NCBI GenBank assembly: GCA_023415145.1
Contig: JAEZLW010000175.1
Span: forward strand, 3,766-67,765
Length of the DNA stretch: 64,000 bases
From: Bacillota bacterium
GTDB lineage: Bacteria; Bacillota; Clostridia; Christensenellales; Aristaeellaceae
Reading direction: 5' to 3'
Translations under genes and position numbers: made by a program
Notes under the pieces: model-generated
Database searches by the model: none
What the model saw: the letters and a program-made list of their open reading frames with translations, nothing else
Told to the model about the DNA's origin: nothing
Shown here: positions 10,200-19,059 of the stretch, in pieces
Numbering within the stretch: the stretch's first letter is position 1
Layout of the letters: every line of letters starts with the position of its first letter

Positions 10200-10664
10200 A
10201 TGAAGCTTTCCATAGGTTGCGATCACGCGGGTTATAACTTGAAAATGGCCATGATACCTTTACTTACGCAAGCAGGGCATGATATGATTGACAATGGATG
10301 TCATGATCCCGCGGAAATGCCTTATTTTCCCGATGTGGCCAAAGCCGTTTGCCAGCACATCCTGGATGGCAGCGCGGAGCGCGGCATCATGTTCTGCGGT
10401 TCAGGCGTTGGAGCATCAATCGCGTGCAACAAGATTCCCGGTATCCGCGCCAGCATGATCCATGACTGGCACTGCGCCCATCAGGCCGTAGAGCACGACC
10501 ATGTGCAGGTGATGTGCATCGGCGAAAAAATAGTTGGTAGCTGGCTGGCCTGGGACCTGATTCAGGAGTTTCTTAAAGCAAAGGGAGATACGGACGAGCG
10601 CGCCATGGTGGTGCTTCAAAAGCTTAAGGAGATGGACGAGGCGTTTGCCGGCATTGCAAAGTGA
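10200..10664 (+). CDS. rpiB: sugar-phosphate isomerase, RpiB/LacA/LacB family
   Basis: 154 aa. MKLSIGCDHAGYNLK... and CGSGVGASIACNKIPGIRA are the family hallmarks. Confidence 0.85.
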   Translation: MKLSIGCDHAGYNLKMAMIPLLTQAGHDMIDNGCHDPAEMPYFPDVAKAVCQHILDGSAERGIMFCGSGVGASIACNKIPGIRASMIHDWHCAHQAVEHDHVQVMCIGEKIVGSWLAWDLIQEFLKAKGDTDERAMVVLQKLKEMDEAFAGIAK

Positions 10665-10691
10665 ACGCCTTTTGAAAGGGTGCATGATGCA

Positions 10692-11582
10692 ATGAAGGTT
10701 GTATGCTTGGGGTCGCTGAACATTGATCATGTCTATCAGGTGGATCACTTTGTCGCGGCGGGTGAAACGTCCGCTGCCATAGAAATGCAGGATTATTGCG
10801 GCGGGAAAGGGCTGAACCAGTCGGTGGCGCTTTCCCGGGCGGGATGCACCGTGTATCACGCCGGCATGGTCGGTCCGGACGGCGAAGCGCTTTTGAACAT
10901 GCTAAGGGAAAACGGCGTCGATACAAGCCTTGTAAGGACCGTGAAGGCACCCACCGGCCACGCCATGATCCAGGTGGACAAAAAGGGCCAAAACTGCATT
11001 TTGATCTATGGCGGCGCCAACGTCCTGATTGACGAACCGTTCATTGACGAGGTCTATTCCCATTTCCAAAAAGGGGACATCGTGCTGTTGCAAAACGAAG
11101 TTTCCTGCCTGCCCTATGCCATCCGCCGGGCGCACGAGCTGGGCCTTCAAATCGCGTTGAACCCATCGCCCATGACCGGCGAATTGCTGTCCTGCGGGGA
11201 GCTTAATCATGTGACCTGGTTCATCCTCAACGAAATCGAGGGGAGGATGATTTCGGGGGGAAGCACCGGGGAAGAGATCATAAAAGGCATCCGCGAAAAA
11301 TACAAAAATGCCGCCGTCATGCTCACGCTGGGCGAGGACGGCTGCATCTATGACGACGGAACATGCTTCGCGCGGCGCGGCATCTTCCCCGTGACCGTTG
11401 TAGACACCACCGCGGCGGGGGATACCTTCACAGGATATTTCCTTGCCGGTGTTTGCGAGGGGCTGCCTGTACCAGACATCCTTACCCTTGCCAGCAAAGC
11501 ATCCTCCATGGCGGTCGGCGCAAAAGGCGCGGCGGTTTCCATTCCACTACGCTGTGAAGTAGAGAAGGCGTTGAAGGGGTAA
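10692..11582 (+). CDS. rbsK: ribokinase (PfkB family)
   Basis: Motifs VVCLGSLNIDHV, GETSAA...GGKGLNQSVALSRAG, and the PfkB signature VVDTTAAGDTFTG. ATG lies 9 nt after GAAAGGGTG. Confidence 0.75.
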   Translation: MKVVCLGSLNIDHVYQVDHFVAAGETSAAIEMQDYCGGKGLNQSVALSRAGCTVYHAGMVGPDGEALLNMLRENGVDTSLVRTVKAPTGHAMIQVDKKGQNCILIYGGANVLIDEPFIDEVYSHFQKGDIVLLQNEVSCLPYAIRRAHELGLQIALNPSPMTGELLSCGELNHVTWFILNEIEGRMISGGSTGEEIIKGIREKYKNAAVMLTLGEDGCIYDDGTCFARRGIFPVTVVDTTAAGDTFTGYFLAGVCEGLPVPDILTLASKASSMAVGAKGAAVSIPLRCEVEKALKG

Positions 11583-11682
11583 AAAAGAATAACGAAGAGA
11601 GATGGGCGGTTTGTTTTCATACCGCTTTTTCTCTTTTTTGGCTATTTTGTTAATTAGCACAGAAACAATCTGGAAGGTAAAA

Positions 11683-11870
11683 TAGAGCTTTCCCCTTTGA
11701 GGGGATGGTTCCGGAGTTCGCTGCTGCGGGAGATACCAGGGCTTTCCTACCCATCTGGTTCAATCGGCGCGCTACTGCGCTGCCGCTTGTATCGCTTGTT
11801 TCGCCAGCCTCCGCCACCCCTCCCTCATCCGCCACTGATGAGGTCGGGGTTCCGGAGCCCTGGACCCTAG
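11683..11870. repeat. intergenic composite repeat, copy R1
   Basis: Contains the core CAATCGGCGCGCTACTGCGCTGCCGCT...CATCCGCCAC. The core is bracketed by inverted arms CCAGGGC (11736-11742) and GCCCTGG (11857-11863). The same modules recur at 11965-12168, 13381-13520, 27433-27577 and 29170-29324. Confidence 0.7.
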
Positions 11871-11890
11871 AATGCCATCTTCATTGTATG

Positions 11891-11937
11891 AAAGAAGAAA
11901 AACCAATGCCGCAACAAGCTTCTGCGGCATTGGTTTA
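11891..11937 (-). terminator. rho-independent terminator (metK; potentially bidirectional)
   Basis: 14-bp perfect stem AAACCAATGCCGCA / TGCGGCATTGGTTT. On the minus strand it is followed by TTTTTCTTCTTT. Confidence 0.8.
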
Positions 11938-11964
11938 TGATATGGTCTTATTGATATTCCTTAT

Positions 11965-12168
11965 AAAGGGACTCCCAAGGGGTTGTATTCCGACGGCTCA
12001 ATCGGCGCGCTACTGCGCTGCCGCTCGCAACCCCGGCGGCTCAATCGTCGCAACGCTTCGCTGCCGCTCGCGCTGCTCGTTTCGCTCGCTTCCTCCGCTT
12101 CGCTTCATCCGCCACAGGCGGCGCTCAGCTTCGGAACCTTGGGCGGGGTCCAGGGGCAGCACCCCTGG
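11965..12168. repeat. intergenic composite repeat, copy R2 (internally duplicated core)
   Basis: Two tandem modules, GGCTCAATCGGCGCGCTACTGCGCTGCCGCTCGC and GGCTCAATCGTCGCAACGCTTCGCTGCCGCTCGC. These are followed by CATCCGCCACAGGCGG and then a terminal hairpin CCAGGGG-CAGCA-CCCCTGG (12150-12168) that touches the metK stop codon. Confidence 0.75.
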
Positions 12169-13341
12169 TTATTTCCCCACAGCCTTCAACACTTCCACCA
12201 TATCGGTTTTCTCCCACGGTAAGTCCAAATCCGTCCTGCCAAAGTGCCCATAAGCTGCGGTGGCCCGATAAATTGGCCTTCTCAGGTCCAGACGGCTGAT
12301 GATGGCGTTGGGCCTGAAATCAAACACCTTTTCAATCAGCTTTGCCAAGTCCTCATCGGGCATCACCCCTGTGCCCATGGTATCCACAAACAGGCTCACG
12401 GGATGGGCTACGCCGATGGCATAGGCCACCTGTATTTCGCACTTTTTCGCAAGCCCCGCGGCCACCACGTTCTTGGCGGCATGGCGGCAGGCGTAGGCGG
12501 CGGAGCGGTCCACCTTGGTGGGGTCCTTGCCGCTGAAGGCACCGCCGCCGTGGCGGGTATAGCCGCCATAGGTATCCACCACAATCTTGCGGCCGGTAAG
12601 CCCGCTGTCACCGGCGGGGCCGCCCAGCACGAACCGCCCGGTGGGGTTGACATAAATCTTGGTTTGATCGTTGACAAGATACGCAGGTATCTCCGAGAGG
12701 ATCACTTTTTCAATGATCTCCGTGCGGATCAGTTCCAGCGATACCTCCGGGCTGTGCTGGGTGGAGATGACCACCGCGTCTACATGGACGGGCTTGCCGT
12801 CCTCATAGGCCACGGTCACTTGTGATTTGCCGTCGGGGCGCATCCAGGGAAGTGTTCCATCCTTGCGAAGCGCCGCCATTTTGCGGGTCAGGCGGTGGGC
12901 CAGGGCGATGGGCATGGGCATCATTTCCGGCGTTTCGTCGCAGGCAAAGCCGAACATCATACCCTGGTCGCCCGCGCCGGTATCGTGCTCCTGCGCGCTT
13001 TCCCTGGTTTCCAGGGCATTGTCCACGCCCATGGCAATGTCGGGGGACTGCTCGTGCACAGCTGTCAAGACTGCGCAGCTTTTACCGTCAAAACACAGGT
13101 CGGAGCTTTGGTAGCCGATGTCCAGAATGACTTTGCGCGCGATGTCATCAATGGACACATAAGTAGTGGTTGTAATTTCGCCCATCACCATCACCATGCC
13201 GGTGGTGGCGCAGGTTTCGCAGGCCACGCGGGCCATGGGGTCTTTCTCGATGATCGCGTCCAGCACCGCGTCGGAGATCTGGTCGCACATTTTGTCGGGA
13301 TGGCCTTCGGTAACGGATTCGGAAGTGAACAGTTGGCGCAT
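12169..13341 (-). CDS. metK: S-adenosylmethionine synthetase
   Basis: 390 aa. [36 protein letters not shown] and [19 protein letters not shown] are canonical MetK motifs. Confidence 0.97.
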   Translation of the reverse strand: MRQLFTSESVTEGHPDKMCDQISDAVLDAIIEKDPMARVACETCATTGMVMVMGEITTTTYVSIDDIARKVILDIGYQSSDLCFDGKSCAVLTAVHEQSPDIAMGVDNALETRESAQEHDTGAGDQGMMFGFACDETPEMMPMPIALAHRLTRKMAALRKDGTLPWMRPDGKSQVTVAYEDGKPVHVDAVVISTQHSPEVSLELIRTEIIEKVILSEIPAYLVNDQTKIYVNPTGRFVLGGPAGDSGLTGRKIVVDTYGGYTRHGGGAFSGKDPTKVDRSAAYACRHAAKNVVAAGLAKKCEIQVAYAIGVAHPVSLFVDTMGTGVMPDEDLAKLIEKVFDFRPNAIISRLDLRRPIYRATAAYGHFGRTDLDLPWEKTDMVEVLKAVGK

Positions 13342-13380
13342 GGTATCCTCTCCTTCTGCAATAGGAATCGCTGATTTGGT

Positions 13381-13520
13381 GAGGGTGGTGGAGCCGCGAG
13401 GCGATTTTTTACCCCCGCAAGGAGTCAGGAGGAAGCCGTAGCAGCGCTACGGCGACCGGATGAGCGACAAAGCTGGGGTGAAAAAGCGACCGTTGGATGC
13501 GCCACCCGAATCAATCAGTG
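13381..13520. repeat. degenerate copy (R3) of the intergenic repeat family, inside the metK 5' leader
   Basis: Read on the minus strand: GATTGATTCGGGTGGCGCATC...GTCGCTCATCCGGTCGCCGTAGCGCTGCTACGGC. This resembles the CAATCGGCGCGC...CATCCGCCAC core. It includes an 8-bp hairpin GCCGTAGC/GCTACGGC (13434-13452). Confidence 0.5.
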
Positions 13521-13532
13521 TTTCCGTAGTTG

Positions 13533-13694
13533 AAAAAACGCCTGCTCGGCACAAGCAGGCGGATTTGATCGGTTCGATCTTCCTTATCTGCCAACGCTGC
13601 CTTTCGGCGTGCCGCGCTGCGGGATTTGGCACCAAGCATAAAGCCGGTTGCCGGGTTTCATCGGGCCCGTCCCTCCACCACTCTGGATAAGGTG
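13533..13694 (-). promoter_or_regulatory. SAM-I (S-box) riboswitch with terminator expression platform
   Basis: Minus-strand reading: CTTATCCAGAGTGGTGGAGGGACGGGCCCGATGAAACCCGGCAACC...GGTGCCAAATCCCGCAGC...GGCAGATAAGG. This matches the conserved S-box core (aptamer about 13582-13692). It is followed by the terminator GCCTGCTTGTGCCGAGCAGGCGTTTTTT (13533-13560). Confidence 0.92.
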
Positions 13695-13711
13695 TTCAAT
13701 TTTGCAGGGGT

Positions 13712-13740
13712 AGGATACCATGGTACGGGGGAAATGTCAA
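13712..13740 (-). promoter_or_regulatory. sigma-A promoter of metK
   Basis: Minus strand has TTGACA (13740-13735), a 17-nt spacer and TATCCT (13717-12). It sits about 20 nt upstream of the riboswitch 5' end. Confidence 0.65.
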
Positions 13741-13744
13741 GGAA

Positions 13745-13820
13745 TTTTTGGCAGGTGGATTGCGGGAAGGGAGCTTTTTGAAAAAATCTCCCTTCCCGCA
13801 CCCATCCCTGAAAAGCCTCA
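13745..13820. repeat. palindromic hairpin module H1
   Basis: 12-bp stem GCGGGAAGGGAG / CTCCCTTCCCGC (13762-13799) around a TTTTTGAAAAAA loop. The flank CACCCATCCCTGAAAAGCC is the reverse complement of the flank of module H2 at 22590-22660. Confidence 0.7.
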
Positions 13821-13982
13821 TATATTGACTATTTGGCCTTGTTCTTTGATTTGTGTGCAGTGAATATCCAATTGCTTACATTCCATATGCCATCATGCTA
13901 TAATGAAGCAAATAGCACGGTACTTGTCCGGCATTGAGGGAAAACTGTGCCTGCCGGCGTCATCACGAAAGGAGATTATTTG

Positions 13983-14489
13983 ATGAATGACGTGATCACC
14001 AGGGTACGGGAAAAGCTTCGGCCCCTTTCTTTGACTTTTCAAAGCAAGCCGATCCTCATCGGCGGAATGGCCATGGAGTATTACGGTATGCGAAAGGCAG
14101 GCGCGGATATCGACCTGGTTATTTCCAATGAAGATTATCTGGCGCTTGCCGCAAAGTATTCGGACAAACGGAAGGATTTGTACGGTGACTTGGGGCTGAT
14201 CCTGAACGAATTGGAAATTTGGCGGAGCATTGCGCTGCTGGATTATGACTTCTTTTTGAAGGATGCCATTGATGAAGGGGAAGTTTTCGTTGTCTCCATC
14301 GACCGTCTATTGTGGATGCGGGTTTGCGCCATGGAGGTTGAGAAGTACAGAAAAGACCTTGATCTGATGAAAGAATACTATTATGCGCATTATACCAACC
14401 CAAACTACCTGCACGAAGCCAAGGCGCATGAAAAATCCTATGCGAAGTTTCATGGCGCCATTGTGGGCGGGAAATACGATGACGAATAG
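13983..14489 (+). CDS. hypothetical protein, possible minimal nucleotidyltransferase fold
   Basis: 168 aa. RBS AAAGGAG lies 8 nt upstream. ILIGGMAMEYYGMRKAGADIDLVI fits the Pol-beta NTase pattern G-[GS]-x(9-13)-D-x-D. I recognise no family more specifically. Confidence 0.5.
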   Translation: MNDVITRVREKLRPLSLTFQSKPILIGGMAMEYYGMRKAGADIDLVISNEDYLALAAKYSDKRKDLYGDLGLILNELEIWRSIALLDYDFFLKDAIDEGEVFVVSIDRLLWMRVCAMEVEKYRKDLDLMKEYYYAHYTNPNYLHEAKAHEKSYAKFHGAIVGGKYDDE

Positions 14490-14526
14490 AACGAACACCG
14501 CTTGCGCATTGCGAAAGAGGTTTGAC

Positions 14527-15549
14527 ATGTATCAGGAAACGGCTAGTAAGCTCGCTCAAAGGGCCTGTCCGTCCATTGCCTACCGCATCCGGAAGGAAAT
14601 ACTGCGGGAGGATATATCCTCTCCCGGTATGATGGCGCTGCAGGAAGAAATCCTGCGGGAGCCGGAGATTGTCCGCCTCTTTGCCCTTCAAAAAGAGGAT
14701 GGCTGGCTGGGCGGGTTGTTTCACGGTACCGATGAACCGGAAAGCGCCATCCGGTACCTGGCGGAAAAGGGGGTGGAGCCCAGCCATCCCGCCATACAAA
14801 GGGCACTGCACGCCATCATCTTAAGGGGAGATGCTTTTGACAAAGGCTGCATGGAGCGGGTGGGCAAGCCGCTGGATGAAAAACATCTGGGCGGCTCGAA
14901 ACTGATCAAAGCCTGCGTGTTTGCCTATGCCTGTGATGAAAAGCATGATTTTGTACGGGAGGCAGTTTCAGAAGCGCTCCATGTGTTCCGGTATGTGTGC
15001 AGCGTCACACGCATGGAGGATGTATGTGAACCTTACAAGGAGAAGCTGGTCTTTCGGCCTTACGTACTGTGGCCCAGCATTTATCATCTTCGGCTGCTGG
15101 CACATACGCACCTGTGGCGGACGGAGGCGAATAAGCAAATGCTGGCCATGGCGGTGAAAAGGCTGGCGGAGTTATCACCCATACCGGAAATCAAAGTTCT
15201 GCACAAGCATCAGGTGATTTCTCCGGCTTCCGTATACATGAACAGCTTCAATGACGATATGACTGCTCTGGGAGGCAGGGAATGGATGATGTGGTTCCAC
15301 CGCACGGAATTGATTGCGAGGCTGGGCATCGCCCCGAAGCTTGATTATGCAGTCCGCCAGTTGAACGTTGTGCACAAACTGCTTGCGCAAAGCAGTGGGT
15401 TTTTTACACAAAAACTGCGCCACTACTACTTTACGAAGTGGACGCAGTATATAGGTCTGGCATTGGAAACGGATTGGAGGACGGAGGAAAAGCGGATCAA
15501 TGACCTTACCTTTAGATGTCTATTGATACAGTCATATCAGGAAGGCTGA
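14527..15549 (+). CDS. hypothetical all-helical protein
   Basis: 340 aa. RBS AAAGAGG lies 6 nt upstream. Contains EDGWLGG, which is reminiscent of alpha/alpha-toroid repeat proteins; that similarity is weak. Start trimmed from the ORF-track value of 14383. Confidence 0.5.
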   Translation: MYQETASKLAQRACPSIAYRIRKEILREDISSPGMMALQEEILREPEIVRLFALQKEDGWLGGLFHGTDEPESAIRYLAEKGVEPSHPAIQRALHAIILRGDAFDKGCMERVGKPLDEKHLGGSKLIKACVFAYACDEKHDFVREAVSEALHVFRYVCSVTRMEDVCEPYKEKLVFRPYVLWPSIYHLRLLAHTHLWRTEANKQMLAMAVKRLAELSPIPEIKVLHKHQVISPASVYMNSFNDDMTALGGREWMMWFHRTELIARLGIAPKLDYAVRQLNVVHKLLAQSSGFFTQKLRHYYFTKWTQYIGLALETDWRTEEKRINDLTFRCLLIQSYQEG

Positions 15550-15566
15550 CCAGTCTGCATTTTAAA

Positions 15567-16175
15567 TCATTTCGAAAACCGGTTTTTGAAAGTGATTTCC
15601 TCAATGCTTTTGCGGCTTTTCTCCTTGGGCTCTTCTGCAGGATAGCCCACGGGCAGCAGGAACAGGCATACGATGCTTTCGGGCAGGTTCAGTATCCGGC
15701 CTGCTTCCTTCACATCCAGCCAGCCGATGAAGCAAGTGCTCAGGCCATGGGCTACGGCTGCCAGAAAAATATGCTCGGCTGGGATCAGCGGGACCGCGTT
15801 GGCAAACAGTGTTGCGACGGCTTCCCTGCCGTGATAACCGTTCAGGTATTCAAGAAAAGGTTTCCCGAAGCGAAGCTCGTCCACCATCCTCCCGAAATCA
15901 TCCTCGGGAAGCGACTTCAAATCCTGCGGGAGGTGTGCACAGCACGCGATAACGATGGGGGCATCGGCGATCCACATCTGGTTTCCCGCAGCCTGCGCCA
16001 AAGCAAGCTTCAATGCTTCGTCCTCAATGATTCCAAAGAGGTGATCCTGCCCGTTGCCGCCGGAAGGAGCCAGCCGGGCGGCTTCCAGCATGTCCGCAAG
16101 GGCCTCGTCCGGGATGGGCTTATTCAGATACGATCGGCAGGATCTTCTTTTTCTGATGACATCCATGTAATCCAT
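15567..16175 (-). CDS. nitroreductase-family protein
   Basis: IRKRRSCRSYLNKPIPDEALADMLEAARLAPSGGNGQ is the classic nitroreductase N-terminus. Confidence 0.85.
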   Translation of the reverse strand: MDYMDVIRKRRSCRSYLNKPIPDEALADMLEAARLAPSGGNGQDHLFGIIEDEALKLALAQAAGNQMWIADAPIVIACCAHLPQDLKSLPEDDFGRMVDELRFGKPFLEYLNGYHGREAVATLFANAVPLIPAEHIFLAAVAHGLSTCFIGWLDVKEAGRILNLPESIVCLFLLPVGYPAEEPKEKSRKSIEEITFKNRFSK

Positions 16176-16205
16176 TGGTCATACTCCTCTTTGGCAAGCA
16201 ATGGT

Positions 16206-16478
16206 TTAATATTTAAGCAGCAAACCGCCTACAATGGTACTGCCAAGCCCGCCCAGGGCCAGTCCCATCCGGTAGGTTATTGTAAATGCCTGCAGGCCCC
16301 GCAGCAAAAGTTCAGGATGGCGGAAACTGTAACTAAGGCCGCCGATATGCATGTAGGCTTCTGCCGCCCAGCCCGTCAGGCCCGGCGCGTAGGATGTATG
16401 CATGATCGCATAGCCATAGCCGCCCGCCAGCAGCGATACGATGCCAAGAAATGTGATCAGCCTGCCAAGTGCCCGCAT
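16206..16478 (-). CDS. small hypothetical membrane protein
   Basis: 90 aa with Gly-rich hydrophobic segments. Lies 30 nt upstream of the nitroreductase gene on the same strand. No family recognised. Confidence 0.4.
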   Translation of the reverse strand: MRALGRLITFLGIVSLLAGGYGYAIMHTSYAPGLTGWAAEAYMHIGGLSYSFRHPELLLRGLQAFTITYRMGLALGGLGSTIVGGLLLKY

Positions 16479-16712
16479 GAAAAAAACCCCTCATATGACT
16501 GAATGCATGGAACAGTATACCATGGACGGTACGGGTGTCAAGGCGGGAATCAAGGAGAAAGATTTGCGGAGGGGACTTCGTAACATTTCTTTCTGCTGAA
16601 GAATATTCTATGAATGGATACCTTTCTATCATCATTGCACGTAAAAGATCAATGGATCGCAAAGATCCGTATTTCATACAGCGAGTCGTAAACAACAAAG
16701 GAGTGCAGCCTT

Positions 16713-17219
16713 ATGATTTTTGGGGACAGCATTTTCGGCTGTGTAGGGGATATAGACCCATGTAATCCCAGAATCCGGATGTTCATTGATGACAACATTA
16801 CACCAAGCGTTGCAGGGGCATCGGATGTGCGTGTCATCAAGCATATCATCTTCAAAAAATGCAAAAAGCACAGGCATCATCACGACTGCGGCGATGTCAG
16901 CCCGGAAATCTCCCAATTCCATGTCCATGAGGTGCAGGGCAGCGCGGAAATAGCCGAAGAAAACGAGGACCCGCACAACCACCGTTTCGCCACCGTAACA
17001 GGGGAGGCAAGGTTCATCGGAAACAATCACGTTCATGATGTGTGGTTCCGCACTGATTTTTATGAGGGCCATTACCATGAGGCCCGGGGTACGACCGGTT
17101 TTGCCATCCAGGTAGGAGACAAGCATGTGCACTTCCTGGAAGGCGTTACGACGGTAAATGACGGCCATTTCCACAGATTCAGGGTGGCCACCCTGATCGA
17201 GGATCCGATTGGAGACTGA
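16713..17219 (+). CDS. YmaF-family protein (His-rich repeats)
   Basis: Repeated H-x-H motifs: HVHEVQG, HNHRF, NHVHDV, GHYHEA, KHVHFLEG, GHFHRF. RBS AAAGGAG. Confidence 0.7.
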   Translation: MIFGDSIFGCVGDIDPCNPRIRMFIDDNITPSVAGASDVRVIKHIIFKKCKKHRHHHDCGDVSPEISQFHVHEVQGSAEIAEENEDPHNHRFATVTGEARFIGNNHVHDVWFRTDFYEGHYHEARGTTGFAIQVGDKHVHFLEGVTTVNDGHFHRFRVATLIEDPIGD

Positions 17220-17268
17220 CAAGAAACTACTTTAAGACCTTATTATACCGGAAACACAGGGGGCATCT

Positions 17269-17293
17269 GGGGGCATCAGTCCCCCCTTTTTTT
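17269..17293 (+). terminator. rho-independent terminator after the ymaF-like gene
   Basis: GGGGG-CATCAGT-CCCCC(C) followed by TTTTTTT. Confidence 0.6.
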
Positions 17294-17380
17294 ACAATTA
17301 TTTCATATTTATTCTTCTTTTGGAGAGGATATTCCTGAATCCATGCAAGGCAGGTTTTTTTGTGGAAAGGTTGTGGAATC

Positions 17381-17935
17381 ATGCTGTATGAAAAATCAAG
17401 GGAAATGTTCCGGCTGACTTTGGACCGCTGGCTGAAAGAGGAAGTGTTTTCACTCGGATGGTTTCTCATGATCGGTATCCTTCTTTTCGCTTATATCATA
17501 TGGATCAAGCTGTTGGATAAGCGCAGAATAAAAGACATGCTATTCATTGGATCTCTTACTGCGGTTGCAAAGACCCTGAACAGCATGTTTCTGGGCAGTA
17601 TGCTGGGATTGGCTGACTATACCATCAGATTAATCCCGGTATATTCCAATGTTTTCGTTACGAGTGTGACCATATCGCCGATCATTGTCATGCTCGCAGA
17701 GCAGTACTCGTCTTCGTGGGGAGGGTTTATTCTACGAATCGCAATTGGATACGCCGTTCTTTGTTTTGGCATATTCACCTTATACGATCAAATCGGGATA
17801 CTAGACTTTTACAATTGGAACGTATTTTATCACTTCCTTGTTCTGGTCGCTGTCTCGCTGGTTGTAAGATGCGCTTTCCTTTGGCTGTCCGGCATTGAAA
17901 AAAGAGCACACGAAAAGCATGGGAAAAAGGCTTGA
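17381..17935 (+). CDS. hypothetical polytopic membrane protein (possibly CBO0543-like)
   Basis: 184 aa with about 5 hydrophobic helices. The first ATG in the ORF was chosen as start. Confidence 0.5.
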   Translation: MLYEKSREMFRLTLDRWLKEEVFSLGWFLMIGILLFAYIIWIKLLDKRRIKDMLFIGSLTAVAKTLNSMFLGSMLGLADYTIRLIPVYSNVFVTSVTISPIIVMLAEQYSSSWGGFILRIAIGYAVLCFGIFTLYDQIGILDFYNWNVFYHFLVLVAVSLVVRCAFLWLSGIEKRAHEKHGKKA

Positions 17936-18802
17936 TCAAAGATACGGCTCCGGCTGTTGGTTGAAAAAGAACAAACCAAGCCCGCCTATGCCCAAGTGGC
18001 TGCCCAATACACTGCCGATTTTACAGACAAGGAAGTCATTGGCGCCAATTTTTTCATTCAGCAGGTGCTTTAGCTTTTCCACAGCCGGCAGATTATCGGT
18101 ATGGGCGATTCCGATGATCTGGTTGGGGAAAGACGTGATACGCTCTACCAGCGTATCCACCATCATAGCGATGGCCTTTTGATTGCCTCTCGCTTTTTTG
18201 ATCACTTGAATCAGGCCGTTCCTTACCTCCAGGATGGGCTTTACATCCAGTATGGAACCCAGCATGCCCTGGAGCTTGCTGATCCTGCCGCCCTTGACGA
18301 GCCAGCTGATATCCGCGATGGTAAACACATGCTCCACATGATCTGCAAGGGTTACGATGTGTGCCGTCACATCATCAAAGGCGTATCCCGCCTCGATCAT
18401 CTTCACTGCCTGCAGCGCGATGAGGCCTATGGCCACCGAGCCTGATTTTGAATTGATCACCTGCATGCGAAGATGCGGGTACTTTTGCTTGAAATCATCC
18501 AGAATGACTTTGGCCAACTGATACGTACCCGAGAGAGCGGCTGAGATAGACAAATAAACAAAATCTTCTCCCCTGTCGCAGCACGATTGAAATGTTTTGA
18601 CCACATCTTCGGGACCGGCCTGGGAGGTTTTAGGCACCATGCCCTTTTGCATGGCGGAAAATATCTCTTCCGGCGTGATCTCCAGCTTATCCCGGTAATC
18701 AATGCCATCCAGCAGCACATGCAGCGGTATCATTTGTATGCTGTACTTTTCCATAACATCATTGGGCAGATCACAGGTGCTGTCCACGATAAATCTGATC
18801 AT
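17936..18802 (-). CDS. DegV-family fatty-acid-binding protein
   Basis: MIRFIVDSTCDLP...LLDGIDYRD...TSQAGPED...LSISAALSGTY is the typical DegV layout. Confidence 0.9.
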   Translation of the reverse strand: MIRFIVDSTCDLPNDVMEKYSIQMIPLHVLLDGIDYRDKLEITPEEIFSAMQKGMVPKTSQAGPEDVVKTFQSCCDRGEDFVYLSISAALSGTYQLAKVILDDFKQKYPHLRMQVINSKSGSVAIGLIALQAVKMIEAGYAFDDVTAHIVTLADHVEHVFTIADISWLVKGGRISKLQGMLGSILDVKPILEVRNGLIQVIKKARGNQKAIAMMVDTLVERITSFPNQIIGIAHTDNLPAVEKLKHLLNEKIGANDFLVCKIGSVLGSHLGIGGLGLFFFNQQPEPYL

Positions 18803-19028
18803 GTTCTCTCCTTGACGAAGGTATTAACTGCCGGCAGGGAAGGAGCTTTCCTCCATCTACCGTGTTATATGTTATTATAATTTTAGAAGTTTTCAGTGTC
18901 AAGGCAATGCCTGTGAATGTTTTGATATCGATTTCATTCAAGATACTTCCCTTTCTTTTCGCTGCCGTTGATATGCCGTATCATCGGAACTGGATGGTGA
19001 TATCCATGCTGGTAATAAGCCCCTGCTA

Positions 19029-19059
19029 TAGCATGGCTTTTGCAGGGGCGCTTTTGTGG
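19029..19059 (-). terminator. hairpin downstream of the Tyr/Cys-rich ORF
   Basis: 8-bp stem GCCCCTGC / GCAGGGGC. The U-tract on the minus strand is weak (TTATT) and is stronger on the plus strand. Confidence 0.4.

Noticed and set aside
11683-12253. ORFs 11705..12253 (182 aa) and 11983..12222 (79 aa), and the possibility of a CRISPR array in the repeated region
   Set aside because: The ORFs are translations of the intergenic repeats (Pro/Ser/Ala/Arg-rich), and one of them runs into metK antisense. The repeats are long, degenerate and irregularly spaced, without unique spacers of constant length, so this is not a CRISPR array.
15516-16502. 328-aa plus-strand ORF opposite the nitroreductase and small membrane genes
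   Set aside because: The minus-strand nitroreductase motifs are clear. The plus-strand translation has no motif and no RBS.
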